A stretch of DNA of 64,000 nt from Utricularia gibba (lineage: Eukaryota; Plantae; Magnoliophyta), in assembly GCA_002189035.1 (NCBI GenBank), contig NEEC01000002.1:6634001-6698000 (forward strand), in the 5' to 3' direction. The translations under genes and the position numbers were made by a program. The notes beneath the pieces were generated by a model. The model did no database searches, had not been told where the DNA came from, and worked only from the letters and a program-made list of their open reading frames with translations. This document shows, in pieces, positions 28,301 to 41,406 of the stretch. Position 1 is the stretch's first letter; the number at the start of each line of letters is the position of its first letter.

Positions 28301-30951
28301 AATTGCTTTTGCTAACTCACAAGTTTCCTTCTCGGAAGAAGGTATTTTTCTGTGCAAATACATATTATTCAGTCCAGAGTAGATTAGTCTTATTAATTTT
28401 TCTTTTCTTCTGCGTCAGTTCAAAAATGTATCAAATTTATCAGAAGTTTATGCTGAGGCCATACTTCTCCCATGGGATTTAACTGTGACTGGTAGATGTG
28501 ACTTGAATATGAGAAAGAGATGCGCCCCATATGACTCCACTGCCAACTTTCCAGCATTTAAAAATTGTTCAACCATCCAGAGGTTTAAATCAGAGCGAGA
28601 TGCAGCTGATGTTTGCTGTTGCAGTTCAAAAGATGATAAAATTGAATTTGGACGTGCTCATGCTTCTTTTAGCCCTTGCAGTACTTCAAGGACTGTAGGT
28701 TCTGGTTTCACTCCAAATTCCTCACTAGAACTGCCATGTTCGATTGTTGTGAAACAATCAGAGAGCTGCTTCTTTGGTAGCTTGTTGAGCAACAGTTCAG
28801 GCTGTCAACCACTGCGAAGAAGGATGTTGCTGCACTTTCCTCCGGATGCTTTCTTTATATATGCTGTAAGCTGTGTTTAATTTTACTACTCTTGAGCAGT
28901 TCATTGTTTTTCATTACCCAGACAAGAACTTCCTCGACTTTCAGGTGTTGAGAATTGGTGTTTGTTATGTTGTTAAGCTCGAGGAAGTTGGCGTTCCATG
29001 TCCAATAAAAGGAAATGCGAATGTCACCAGGCATAAATTGTTCAGCTCAAAAACACATATTTGGAGTGCAACTTTTTCATCATCTGAGACCTGCAAGAAT
29101 TTTGATTCATGTGGTTCAGTTCCAATTTGCAAAGCAGAAGCAAGTAGAAAAATTAACATGCTTGGAGGGAGAAAACAACCTAAAAGTTCCTGCCTCACTA
29201 GGATTAATGCTGGTTCTGACATTCTTTCAGATGTAACGATATATGTTGCTCCTTGTGCTCTTAGCCTTCTAGCGAGTGCAACTAGTATGGACAGTTGCAT
29301 CGCAGATCAAACAGATTTTTCTGGTGAAAAACCATTCATTTCCAAAGTTAACACCTCCTTGGCACAGGCTTTAGAGACTTCATCGTCCAATGGCCCTTTG
29401 CTCAAGGGCAGCCTGGTCACGTTAAGTGGTGCTGTGGTAGCTTTCCATCACGGCAATGGTGATGCATTGCCTACCGGACATGGTTATGTGGCTCGTGATG
29501 GCTTTCCAAGGATGTTCCATGAAAATAATGATCTCTGTGTCCTTGTTTTGGAAGACCATACTGTGGTATTTTCCTGCACCAACCTGCTTATGTTATTGCC
29601 TAACTTGTCTTCATATTCTTACTAGCATTAATATTTGTAGGTGAACATCGTCTGTAATCTGAGCAAGCAAGCTTACCCTGTAGGATTTGGAAGAGGTGTT
29701 CATGCGACCTTTTATCGAGTTCTCGCTCTAGGGTATGTAAAATTCGTGATCATAGATAGTGTTTGTTAATTTGAACTTCCACCACTAAGATGCTAGCATT
29801 ACTAGGACAAGTTGGACTGTGTAATAAAATTCTCTTGATTTTCTCAGTGAGCAAAACAAGTATATGACGATTCCTGCTTCCTTCATATCATTCAAGATTC
29901 CGGCTGATGAGTCCACGTCTGCATCAGAATCTGATGCTGCTGCGGCGGCTTCAAATAGTGTATCATCCTTGCTCATATATGATGCACTGAAACTAGCAAA
30001 GCATCAACGAGCACAGTTTTGTTGCAGAGTAATTCATGCAGAACTCTCATATGATTCAATAAGCGTTTCAATGCAGATTAATTCAATGTGGTGTCTTTGG
30101 TTTGAATCTTAGGTGGTGGGGGTTTATGTCGTTGTGATGGAGGAAGCCAGAGGAACACAAGTTTTCCAAGCAAGTATGCATGCAATGCCATCAGCGATCA
30201 GCATCCCCTTAGCCTGTTTCATCATTGGTATATTCCTTATGGATGCATATAGCAGTGCTTGCAGAGAGGATGACATATCTCTTCTTGTTCCAATGTTCCT
30301 TTCCTAGATGACGGTTCAAGCAGGTGTTGTTGTTGGGTCGACTCCGAGATGGCCGCCACCTTGCTTAAGCTAGACGTGAAACAAGATTCTACAGTAGTTT
30401 ATGGAAGTTCAAAGGGTGGACAAAACCTGCCTTGCAGCAGCAGCAGCTTCCTCATTTCCCAACTCAAAAAGATTTTGAAGGAGCACAGGAGAGTAGTAGC
30501 AAAGAATCATGAACTCTTCTCTGCCTCTTCATTCCAATATCTGATGTTCTCGGCTGGCCCAAGTGCGTCAATTAGTTGCTCACATGAAGAAATTCTTTCA
30601 CGCTTCTTTTCCAGCGCTTCTTCACTCAGCAAAATTTGGGTAAGCTAATTTACTTTATCACACAGCTCTCTTGTGATATGTCTCCTTTTTTCACTGTGGA
30701 CCGAGTTAGAATCTTGTTGCATGATAATGGGTTTTGTGTGATTGCTGCAGACCATTGTTGGGGAAAGGATCGATCAGAGAACTGCTTTGGTGTTGGACGA
30801 GAAATTGGCTGATCTTGGCATGCCAATGCCTCCAATGCTGAACATTCGGGCAACCAGCATTTCCCAAACGGATTTGCTCCCTCAAGCCAGGAACATCATT
30901 GCAGAACTGATTGCACCCAATCTCACTGTAGGTTACAAGGGACTGCAGTGA
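25376..30951 (+). CDS. CTC1: CST complex subunit CTC1 (telomere maintenance), multi-exon
   Basis: RPLTAASCLV, FRFSDGTATVCCDIL.FD..MIDHKIKVLAWNFLP....GGFLEIIRWEF match the plant CTC1 N-terminus. Later exons LLLTDQLLNVPHSMRVGAI, QLIDATGEIDI, FCCRVV, DDGSSRC. Last exon ends YKGLQ* at 30951. Confidence 0.9.
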
Positions 30952-31138
30952 TCTTGTCACAAAATCACTACTCCTGATTTCTGTGTACATAACTGTTCAT
31001 TAGAAACTAGAAAGAACTAGCAGCCTGTTGATTAATCTGATGCTGATTCTACTACATGATAAGTACACTGAAGAAGGCATAACAACTGCGCAAGTATTCA
31101 CATTTATTTCATAGATCAAAAACACCTCTTGATATCTG

Positions 31139-31792
31139 TTAAGGTTTCTGGGGCCGTTTCAGTTTGAGAAGATGAGATATACCTGCTACTACATGAAGTC
31201 TACTATTGGGAACCCCTGTTTTCGCTAATGCTCTTCCCTGTTTATCCAGCAGAACAAAGCATGGAACGTACTTGATATCGTAATGTAGGAGCTGCTTCAA
31301 CACACCAGAAAGGTATCACATTCAATGGCGGCATGATGAGAAGTTTGTGTGCAGGACGAAAGTGAAATTTACCTCGGGCAACCATTGATCACTTTCAGCA
31401 TCAGCGACGACGACGCTGAGCCAGTCAGCATTTCGATTTTCGACTTCTTTGACAAACGTCACCAGGGAATTGCAGAGCCTGCAATTGGGGGAGTAGAATT
31501 CCAGAACCGTAGCATCTTTCCCACTAGCCAAAGCTGCGGCTAAAGACCCCTGCTCCTCCTCTGCGCTTGAAAACCGTTTCTGATTCAATGACCGTAAAGG
31601 GTTTCCGGTGGAATTCGCGGAACCCAAGAAATTTGCAGCTGCGACGCCGAGATTCATCAGTGGCTTGAAAAGCCACGGCACGTCCCATGAACACTGATTG
31701 GTATTGCTCTTTTCTTGACGACTCCGTTGCTGTTGAGAATCAGGAAATGGCGATTTGAAGCAGAAAAACGGAGTCTTTGCCGCTGGGTTCAT
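31139..31792 (-). CDS. Atypical thioredoxin-fold protein (CRLC motif), 2 exons
   Basis: Exon 1 31373-31792 with [13 protein letters not shown]; exon 2 31139-31291 [50 protein letters not shown]. Confidence 0.88.
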
Positions 31793-33898
31793 TCCGGCGT
31801 CGGGATTGGAACAAAGGAGAGAATTGGTGAATAGAAATTAAATCTGGGGCAACATTTTAATTATGGAATAGTACCGTGGCCGAATGAAGTTTTTCAAATT
31901 ATTATTTTCTCATATTTTTCAATTACACAAATAACATAAAGATTTCCCATTTTTAAAAATAACTTTAATCATCCAAATACATTATTTTAAATTTTAATGG
32001 CGTGTCATAAAAAAATATTTTAAAAATAAATATATTATACATAAGTAAGTCCTCGTATTAAACGAAATTTAAAAAATATAAAATACTATAACATATTTCA
32101 ATGTATCATTAATAAATTGCAATAATCATTTTGTATAGAAATTGTGCCGACCTTACGTGACCCTACCGGAATGAATACGGACAACACGACTCGTCGCCCA
32201 AACCCTATCCCGATTTTATCACGACAAAAAAACCCTAAACCCTAACTAAAAGTGGGCCCCGTTTACTGCGCGGGACCCGCCATCCAAATATACCACTTTG
32301 TGCCGTGTTCAACGCACCAACCGGTTGCATGTGCCTTTCTTGGTGCCCCTCATCCATTCCTATGATCAAAAACCATGAGCTAACCCTCGCTTTGGGATAA
32401 TATGAACCATCTATTACAAAAGGAATGAATTCTGCATAAAAAACATAAATTTCTTAACGATTTCGAATTATTCTATTTTATTAGAAACATTTATTTAGAA
32501 AAAATGTAACTTTTTAGATCTCGTTTTTAACATGAAAAAAGTGTGGATGAAATGGTCAAATGCAGATTCATAAATGTAATATTCATCATTTACTTATATG
32601 ATATTATCTGCTTTGAACAATCCATTCTTACGATTTTACAGTTTTCCATCACAAATCTCATTATAAGAGTTTTTTTTTATTTAAATACATTTACTTCATC
32701 ATCTGTAACTCATGTGAAATTCCATCACAAGTTTCATTGCCTTACATTCTCCCCCTCTTAGATGTTCATTATCCTACCATTGGCAAAAGCCCAAATTTAG
32801 CTTTGATACTAAATCCTCTTATGATATGCATTATTCATTAGCAATGATTATAATTACGAACATCATATATATAAATATACATTATGATCAATAATAAAAC
32901 TACAGTTTCGTGTCTAATTCTTCAAATCATTGTAATAATTCTCCTAAATGTTTTGAGACAGTGCAACTACAGTAAAATGCAATCATTGGGTGGGGGGTGA
33001 GTAAGCACAAAATAGCGACCCCCGAGACATGTCACATGGTCGAAACGTGACAGTCCATTAAGGAAACAAGTCGACTGTTTGTCTAGGGCTGGTCTGATTC
33101 AAGACAAGTGCCCTTCACAAGATTTTTTTACATATTAAAGTAAACCACACTTCATGACACGACTCTTGGAGTAAATAATTGATGATGCCTTCGCTCACCT
33201 AATCTCCACGCCCGGGTTCATCTTCGCTGCATTAGGGTTCTATGCTATTGTTCAATAACAAGATCTTAATTTTATGATATGGTGATAATTGATCTTATGT
33301 TGTAGTAAAACATGAACTCATCACGTATTTAGGTTTCGTTAATCTTATAGTTCAAAAAACTATGACTACTCATACCCCAAAAGAGATGACGTATTCGATA
33401 AATTGAATAAATGTATATGAAATCTAGATATACAATAAACATAAATTATAATTAATACTAATCGAGTCTGAAAGTTAAATGTTTTAATATTATATTAAAA
33501 TTAAGTATTCAATGGATTGAATTAATATACATGAAAACTAAATATTTATGAAAAACATAGATCAAAGTTCCAAATATTAGATCTAACTAATTATTAATAA
33601 TCTATAATTTTTTATATATTTGATGATATCATATTAATTTTTTAATGTGAAATTGTTTTTCCCTAATATTTAGTACTCATACCCTCGTAATATTATATTG
33701 AAAATACAATGATTAATATTTTGTTAAATATCTTATATGATCAAACACGTTCAAGTTTTCTCAAATATTTTATTTATGTACAATTAATCCTACCGACACG
33801 TAATGACGAGCAAATTAAAATATTGTGGTATGGACTACAAACCCTAAAAGAAGCAAAAGGTCACATGCAAGTATTGATTATGACTCAATAGCTATCGT

Positions 33899-34610
33899 TC
33901 AGTGAATTCTTAGTAAGAAGATACTGAGTTCTTGACCCGAGGCTCCGTCGGGATTGATCATGTGGAACGACTCTGAATTCTTCGATCCAACGACTCGATC
34001 GAATCTTGCTCGGACGTATGTTACCTCGCCGTCGACGTACTCCTTCTCCGACGGCGGCGGCGGCAGAACTCCGGCGCCCATTGAAATGCCTGCTGGGCAG
34101 TGATTAGTGTTCCGGTGTAGTAGCAGATTAGAAGTGGGATGGGACTCCGGTACCTCTTAGGAGCTTCATGACGTGGGCATCCTCGTCGCTCATCTCCAGC
34201 CTTCTAATGGAGTACCCCATCTTCCTGCCATTGCAGTAAACCTCCCACACGAACTCTTCCAGAAGCTTCCGCTTGTGCGTCCTGGTGTCGGTTTCGAGGG
34301 CGATCCGGAGGACATCGGAGGCCATTTCTTTGTGTAGAAACGTCGTGAGAATGGGAAGTTCGGTCACAAAGATGGGCGATCCTTGAGGATCTTCTTGTAT
34401 GGCTAATGAGAGCCTCCCCTTCCGGTACCCGTAGAGCGTCCCGATGGAAGCCTTATCGGTGAGAAGAGGCCGCCGGTGACGGCCGCTGAGGAGGGCCGCA
34501 ACCTTGTACCCGGCGGAAAGCATGGGAAGCAGCTTAAACATCCGGAAAATCCCCCCCATCGCCGCCGGCTTCTTCCCGCCACGGAGGCCGCCTCTCCGAT
34601 TACCTTCCAT
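33899..34610 (-). CDS. MIZU-KUSSEI 1-like (DUF617) protein, 2 exons
   Basis: GTLYGYRKGRLSLAIQEDP, EFVWEVYCNGRKMGYSIRR, then after a 64-bp GT..AG intron (34153-34090) LRG-ISMGAGVLP...YVRARFDRVVGSKNSESFHMINPDG...ELSIFLLRIH*. Confidence 0.9.
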
Positions 34611-37457
34611 GACCTGTTCAGTGAGACTGTGAGTGGTGAACTGCAACAGGGGGACTATAAATAGGAGAAAGCAAGCAAATTAGTTATGGGTGGGGGCTTG
34701 AGGAGAGGCCCAGAGGAAGGCAAGTTGGCTGCCACACCCAAAGGACCCCATTCTCGGCTTTTCCCCCATGGGAAGAAAGCATTTTCACTCCTTATCAGCC
34801 TGATGACAAGCTGCCCACACCATTCATTGCGTCGGGGATGAAAGTCTTCACAAGTTGAGTGGGGAACACCACAGAGGCGGTGAGGGAGATGGATCACGAG
34901 TGCATGTTCTGTATCAAAGTTGTGGGGCACTTTGGAAAATCAGATCCAGGACCACATGAAGGAAGGACAGCCTCAGAAGCGAAGAGAGTTGATGGCGGAT
35001 GCCTTAAAGAGGAAAAAAGAAGCCATCATCGTGCTTTCTCCAACCCAGAAAACCCATTTTCAACAATAACACTATTATAACAAACAGTATCACATTTTAT
35101 CAAGTATATAATAAATTATAAATTACTAATAATTAATTGAATTTAATTTTTATTAGACTTCAAGTGTAATAGTCATATTCATCCAATCTTTAATTTTAAC
35201 AAATCATTCTTAATTTTATTAAAAGCTTAACCTCAGAAAAAACAAAAATAAGAAAAACTATTTTATTTTTAATAATTAGAAATTCAGTTTTTAATAAAAG
35301 GAAGCAACCCATCAAACACAATATTTATTTTAAATTTATGAATAAAATTATATCTAATTTTTAATAATTTAAACCCTATCTTCATCTTTAGCTTGTTTCT
35401 TGTAACTCATTGGGCCTTCCCAATCTCGGGTAAAAATCATCTTAATATCCACGAGCCCAATAACATAATCACGATTATGCCATTGACCTTCATAGCCGTT
35501 GACTTTGATATACTTATTTTTTAAAATAATGCAATTTCGAGAGTTGGCCTGCATGCCATATACTCTAAAATCATGAATTCAAACTCCAAAATTATGTTCA
35601 ATTTATTTAAACAATATTTTTTAAATAATATTCGAAATGTAATTTAAAAAATACTATTCAACCTATTATTATATAATAAATCGGATTTTATCTTGTCTTG
35701 CAACCATTGGTCGTAGGTCACACGAGAGCGACCTGTCACGTGCGTTGGTCTGATAAGTTCACATGAAAATTCTTGTAAGACTTGGGCTTTACTCTTCTTA
35801 CCTCCTCCACAAGCATCTCCTCTTGACCCCCACTTTTCCATTTCTTTTTTATTGGAGAAAAATGCTGTAATTTTTTTAATTAAATTTTATCAGTGATTAA
35901 TCTCCCATAATCATTCATGCAACTATGCAGCTTTTGCCGCCAAGGTTAAAATAATTAAAAAATTAGAAATTAATCAGGAGATTAGTAGTGTTTAGTTAAT
36001 TATAATTAATTAATTAGTTATATTTAAGTTCATCATTATCTTAATCGGAAAGTGGGATGCGGTTGCTTGGTTGGACACAAAAATCTCAACACATTACGCA
36101 ATGGAAATGCGTTTATTATTTTAATTTATAATAATAATAATAGCGTTGAACAGTGTTTTTATTTTTTGTGGGGCCCGGTTAAGACGACCAACAGCTATTG
36201 GATAGAGTTCAAACATTCAATTCCAGTTAATTGATTTCTTTATTTATTTATAATATTTAAAAAATAAATAAATTTGGTTGGATATTTGAAATTCGAAAAT
36301 GTTTCGAATTAATTAAAAAAATTGGTAATATTTTGTTTTGGAATGGGAAAAAAACATCGTGAATAGTATACTCGAGGATTTTATATTTAGAGAAAAAAAA
36401 AAAAGATGTGCAAAATGGTTTTCCTCACGTTTTTCATGATGAGCACCAACTTAAACGTACATCCGTCTTCTTTCTTTCATCTGATGATGTGATAGTAAGA
36501 TATTTTCTTAATTTATTATTAAATATTATTAGTAGAAATCGAGATGGATGAGTTTGAGTGAACGACGTTTTACTACAAGACCACGATATAAAGTATATAT
36601 ACTTTAAGATTTTTTTATAGTGATTCTGTTTAATTTTAGTTATCTTATATTAAAGTTAAAAATATAAATTTTGAAATAAGTTTATAAATTAATGAATTTC
36701 TTAAATATATATTTTAATAATTAAGTAAAAAAAATTAATACATAAATTATATTATTCAATTTTAGACATCTTTAAAATATATATTATACTATTAAATTTT
36801 ATATTATGCATTTTATAATACTTTACAAGATAGATTTATATTATCAAAACTGATTTTATTTTATATAATTTAAAATATATCTTCAAGTTTTAGAAGAATC
36901 GTTTTATTTGCCAAATTTATGTTTTAAAAATCAATGATAATAAAGTATATAATTGATATTTACTATTAATTATTACTCTTCTAAACATATGTATTAGATA
37001 TAATATTATTTTTTATATATCAAATAAATTTTCAATTTTAATCGTATTTATATAAGCACCGTTAATTCAAATGTCTCCTAATATGATTTCGAAGATTCGA
37101 GTTGTAATTTTTTTTATCAGAGAAAAAATGTATGATTGATAAGCATGGAAAAGATTGTATTAAAATGGATGGTTGAATTAGGGTTTGATAATTCCGGGTC
37201 CAAGACATTCTCCCTACGGATGGAACTCAGCATCTGAATCAAACCCCAACATCTTCAAGAATATGCAGCCAGCAGCCGCCACCCGAGTTGCTTCTCTTGA
37301 CAGTGTGTCGGAAGTTTCCTCATGAGCAAAAAAATATGTATCTTGGTCTCCCTGCCCGCCGGCCACTTCTTTCTATAAATGTCTCCTCAGCCCATGCAGG
37401 CTGCAGCACCGATTGGAATCCATACAGACAGACATCAGTCAACAAAGCTTCCTGAGA

Positions 37458-39094
37458 ATGGTAAACGGCTACCCTTCGACCCCGAGACTCATCACGGTTC
37501 TGAGCATCGACGGAGGGGGTGTTCGCGGCATCATTCCGGCGACCATCTTGGAGTTCCTTGAGCACCAGCTTCAGGTATGCGGAGGATGGATACATGATGG
37601 ATCATTTTGTTATTTGGAACTGAGATGTTGTGTGTGTTTAGGAACTGGATGGGAGAGATGCGAGGCTGGCGGATTACTTCGATGTCATCTCCGGGACGAG
37701 CACCGGTGGCCTGGTAGCGACTATGCTGACGGCGCCGGACGAGAACAACCGCCCTCTCTTTGCGGCTAAGGACATCGTGCCTTTCTATCTTGAGAACTGC
37801 CCCAAGATATTTCCTCAGAGACGGTGGGTACTATCAGAGTTGTGCTCATGGTTCTTTTTGTTACTGCTGCTGATAGGCTGATCGGAAAAGTTCATTGTGA
37901 TGCAGTTGCCTCAACTGGCTCAAGCCCTTTGTTGGTCCGAAGTATGATGGAAAATACCTTCACAAGCTCGTGAGAAGAATTCTGGGAAACACTCGATTGT
38001 GTGAAACTGTAACGAATCTCGTGATTCCAGCCTTCGACATCAAGAACTTGCAGCCCACGATCTTCTCTTCGTTCCAGGTCCGACTTTGCGACCCTCGTCC
38101 TCGATCATCATGTCGAGAAACAGCACACATGTTAATGGTCTGATTGATTTCATGTATGCAGGTGCGGAAGAACCCTCGTATTGATGCTCAGTTGGCAGAC
38201 ATATGCATCGCCACATCCGCAGCTCCCACATACTTACCAGCTCACTACTTCACCACTAGGGACGCTGAGGGCAACCTCCATGACTTCCATCTCATCGACG
38301 GCGGAGTCGCGGCGAACAATCCGGTAGGGTGATGTTCATCAGTATGCATTGAGGCTCATCGCTGTTTTGATGATGAATTTGTTTTAATACCTTTTGTTTT
38401 CCTTCACAGACCTTAGTTGCTATCAACCAAGTCTCCAAACAAATCTTCGAATCGAACCCGGATTTCTTCCCATTAATGCCGATAGAGATGACACGATTCT
38501 TGGTCATCTCCATCGGCACAGGCTCCCCGAAACAAGCGAGGTGTCTGACCGCTAGGAAAGCGTCCAAATGGGGCGTTTTTGGATGGCTGCTCCCCATTGT
38601 TAATGTCTTCTGCCAAGCAAGTGCAGACATGGTGGATCTCCATATCTCGGTGGTCTTTGAAGCCTTTCGATCCCAGGAAAACTACCTCAGGATCCAAGTG
38701 AGTAGCAGCATAAGCTAAACAACACAGAATGTGTAACAGTATATTGAGTTTGATATAAGAACATGAATTGTATGAATCGCAGGAAGACAATCTGATTGGT
38801 GGAGAGGCATCAGTTGATCAAGCAACGAAATCTAACCTGAAAAAGTTGATAGAAATTGGGAAGAATCTGCTGAAGAAACCAGTTTCAAGGGTAAATCTTG
38901 AGACTGGTGTGTTTGAGCCTGTTAAAGGCCATGGTAGTAATGAAGAAGCTCTAACCAGGTACCAATTTTAAATATTGATTAGCAGTTTCCTTTTCAAAAC
39001 AAAATGATGTTGATTAACTTTGATTATTCTTTTTTGCAGGTTTGCAAAACTGCTTTCTGAGGAGAGGAAGATGAGGCAGTCAATGCCCCAATAA
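37458..39094 (+). CDS. Patatin-like phospholipase (pPLA-II class), multi-exon
   Basis: [25 protein letters not shown] (catalytic Ser), [22 protein letters not shown] (catalytic Asp), [23 protein letters not shown] (CTATAAAT) at about 37374. Confidence 0.92.
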
Positions 39095-39293
39095 CTCAAG
39101 CAGATTGCAGATTCTATTTGTTAAATTGATTCTTTGGTCTTTTAGCTGTTTCTTTGTCCTTTCATTCTTTGTAACCATTCAATGACACATCTCTTGTAAA
39201 TACTTCAGAATAATACAGGAACATCTTTCAACTCTTTGAGCTTGTTACTGTATATGCAAAGGACGAAATATAAGTAAACATCACTCCACTACT

Positions 39294-39818
39294 TCAAAGC
39301 TCGACAATGGCATCAATAAACAACCGAATTTTAAGGGAGCAAGATCCACAAGGAAGAACGATGGAGGCTTGCATTGTGGACGGGGTTTGTAAAGAAAGCT
39401 TCCCACTAGACATTGAAATCTTGTACCCCATCTCAGTTAACATGTAGGAGTCGATGGAGAAGAAGTCACCGCATCTACAAGGGTACCCGAGTTCGAAGCC
39501 GGTATCGACTTCTTGGATATCCATATCAGCTAAGTTGATGTCTTCCGATGTCATGGCATCTTGTCTCAGATTTCTCAGCTCCATGTCATACAGTGCACGG
39601 GAAGCTGGGTTGCTGAGGATTTCCCAAGCCTTCTGCACCTCCAAGAATTGGTTGTTTAACTCTGAAGAGGGGGTTTTGGATGGCTTTTGAAGCTTGTCTG
39701 GATGGGAAGTGAGAATGGCTGATCGGTAAGTTCTACGCAGCTCTTCTTGGTCAGCATCTTCCCTCGCACCTATGATCTCATAGTGGGTTCTCCCACTGAG
39801 CCCTTTGTGCACTAACAT
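39294..39818 (-). CDS. DPH4: DPH4 homolog (J-domain plus CSL zinc finger; diphthamide biosynthesis)
   Basis: THYEIIG...HPDK J-domain followed by YPCRCGDFF and LPCGSCSLKIRL. Single coding exon, ATG preceded by a TTGCAG acceptor (5'-UTR intron). Confidence 0.92.
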   Translation of the reverse strand: MLVHKGLSGRTHYEIIGAREDADQEELRRTYRSAILTSHPDKLQKPSKTPSSELNNQFLEVQKAWEILSNPASRALYDMELRNLRQDAMTSEDINLADMDIQEVDTGFELGYPCRCGDFFSIDSYMLTEMGYKISMSSGKLSLQTPSTMQASIVLPCGSCSLKIRLFIDAIVEL

Positions 39819-41406
39819 TCCCTGCAACGGACAGCATATAAAAAGTTCGATCAAATGGATATAAGCATCAAACTAAACAGAGAAACAGATAACTACATGG
39901 AGCAACCACCAACACTATCATTCCCATTTCAAAAACACCTTCTGAATATGAGTGACCACCGAAATAGCCTATTCTTGTTCCATTTTGTAAGCAACTTATT
40001 TTACAGTTAAGAGCCAAGGTTTTGGATGGAACTCATCATGTAAAATAGAACATGAATGCGAATCCAAAGTATCTTCCTAATTTAGAAAGAGAATCAAACA
40101 TTCACTACCTTAAAGTTAAGTTCTTGAGAGATGTCAGAAACCAGGGGGCTACAGGGTTTCCACTGACGGCGCTGCCAAACAAGAGGAACAATGCATCTCA
40201 TCAGATATGCTGGGAATCATCTCACACCAAATCCCTAATACTAGTAGATGAATTCAAGCTTCAAATCTTTTCACCAATCAACGAAGAGAAACTATCAGCT
40301 TCATCGGCATCTCACAGATCCTTGCCGGAAGTCATATATTTCAATCGAATGGGGGCGTACCTGCGTCAAACTTAGCGCTTCTCCAAAGCAACCCGCCGGT
40401 CCTAGGGCTCCGGTTGGCGAAACCGGAGACTCCTGATTCAGTTAATATTTCAGCCGCCGGCATCCGCTTTTTTATTTTTATTTTCTACAAAAACTATGTA
40501 TTACATTTTTGCCTCCCATTTTCACTGTTTTCCCAAAATCCTCCAAGAGAAAGCTATATCTTGTCACTTGTGCCGTTCGAACGGAAACCAAGCGAACTGC
40601 GTTGCGCGTTCTTTGGCTTCAGTTGCCATCAAATTTGGGGTGTGAGTTCATCATTCATATTCAGAAAAAGACAACAGAACAAGGTATGAGTTGATTTTGC
40701 CTAACTGTTGGGTCAAATTTTATATTGAAGATTACTTCGTCCTACCTGACTTTTGGCGATGGGATTCATCCCTGTCCCATTTGGGTCTTACGTGATTGAT
40801 TATAATTCCTTTGATTCTAAAGATTGTCTTTTGAGGCTGATTGTGCAGAAAGACAAGATCTTTGTATTTACTCATTCATGAATTGTCGATAAGATTCTAG
40901 TTTTCGGTATTCCGAGTCGCTGAAGTTTGAACAAGAGGTGAAGTGATCGAGAAGTGCATAATTTTCGAATGCTTTCGAGGGGAAGATGGCATAATTCAAT
41001 GTTAATCACATGAACCAAACCTTGAATGATTTGGAGTTGAGTTAAATGCAAAAACGCAGCCATTGGTGTAATATAATTTGAGCTTTAGCTTGGCCTGTGA
41101 TAGCGTTAAGAATTCCTGTTTTGGCTCTATATTCTTATGCTTTTCAGTAAATGGTCTGCATCATCCCTGCTTAATGGACCGGGATGTCTTCTGAGTATCC
41201 TTGCATTGTATAGTATGGAGTTGGCTTTTTTTGCTGATGTTAGAATCTTTCAAACAATTTCATATATGTTTGCTGTCGAAGTTCTTTCTGATATATGGGA
41301 TTGACTCTCTTTTTTATCGTTTTCATTTCAGGCTGACAAGATTGAAGAAAGATTGAGGAACTGACTCTAATGATATTTTGAAAGTAGTACTTGTGTGTAT
41401 TGTGGT

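Noticed and set aside
32230-32245. Telomere-type repeat near CTC1 as a functional link
   Set aside because: Only about 2.3 units, lying 1.3 kb beyond the CTC1 3' end. Telo-boxes are common promoter motifs.
36437-36483. ATGATGA...CTGA as a C/D box snoRNA
   Set aside because: Only 47 nt, with no convincing terminal stem or recognisable rRNA guide.
41195-41202. GTATCCTT as a U12-type 5' splice site
   Set aside because: It lies inside an apparent ordinary GT-AG 5'-UTR intron, with no matching U12 branch point seen.
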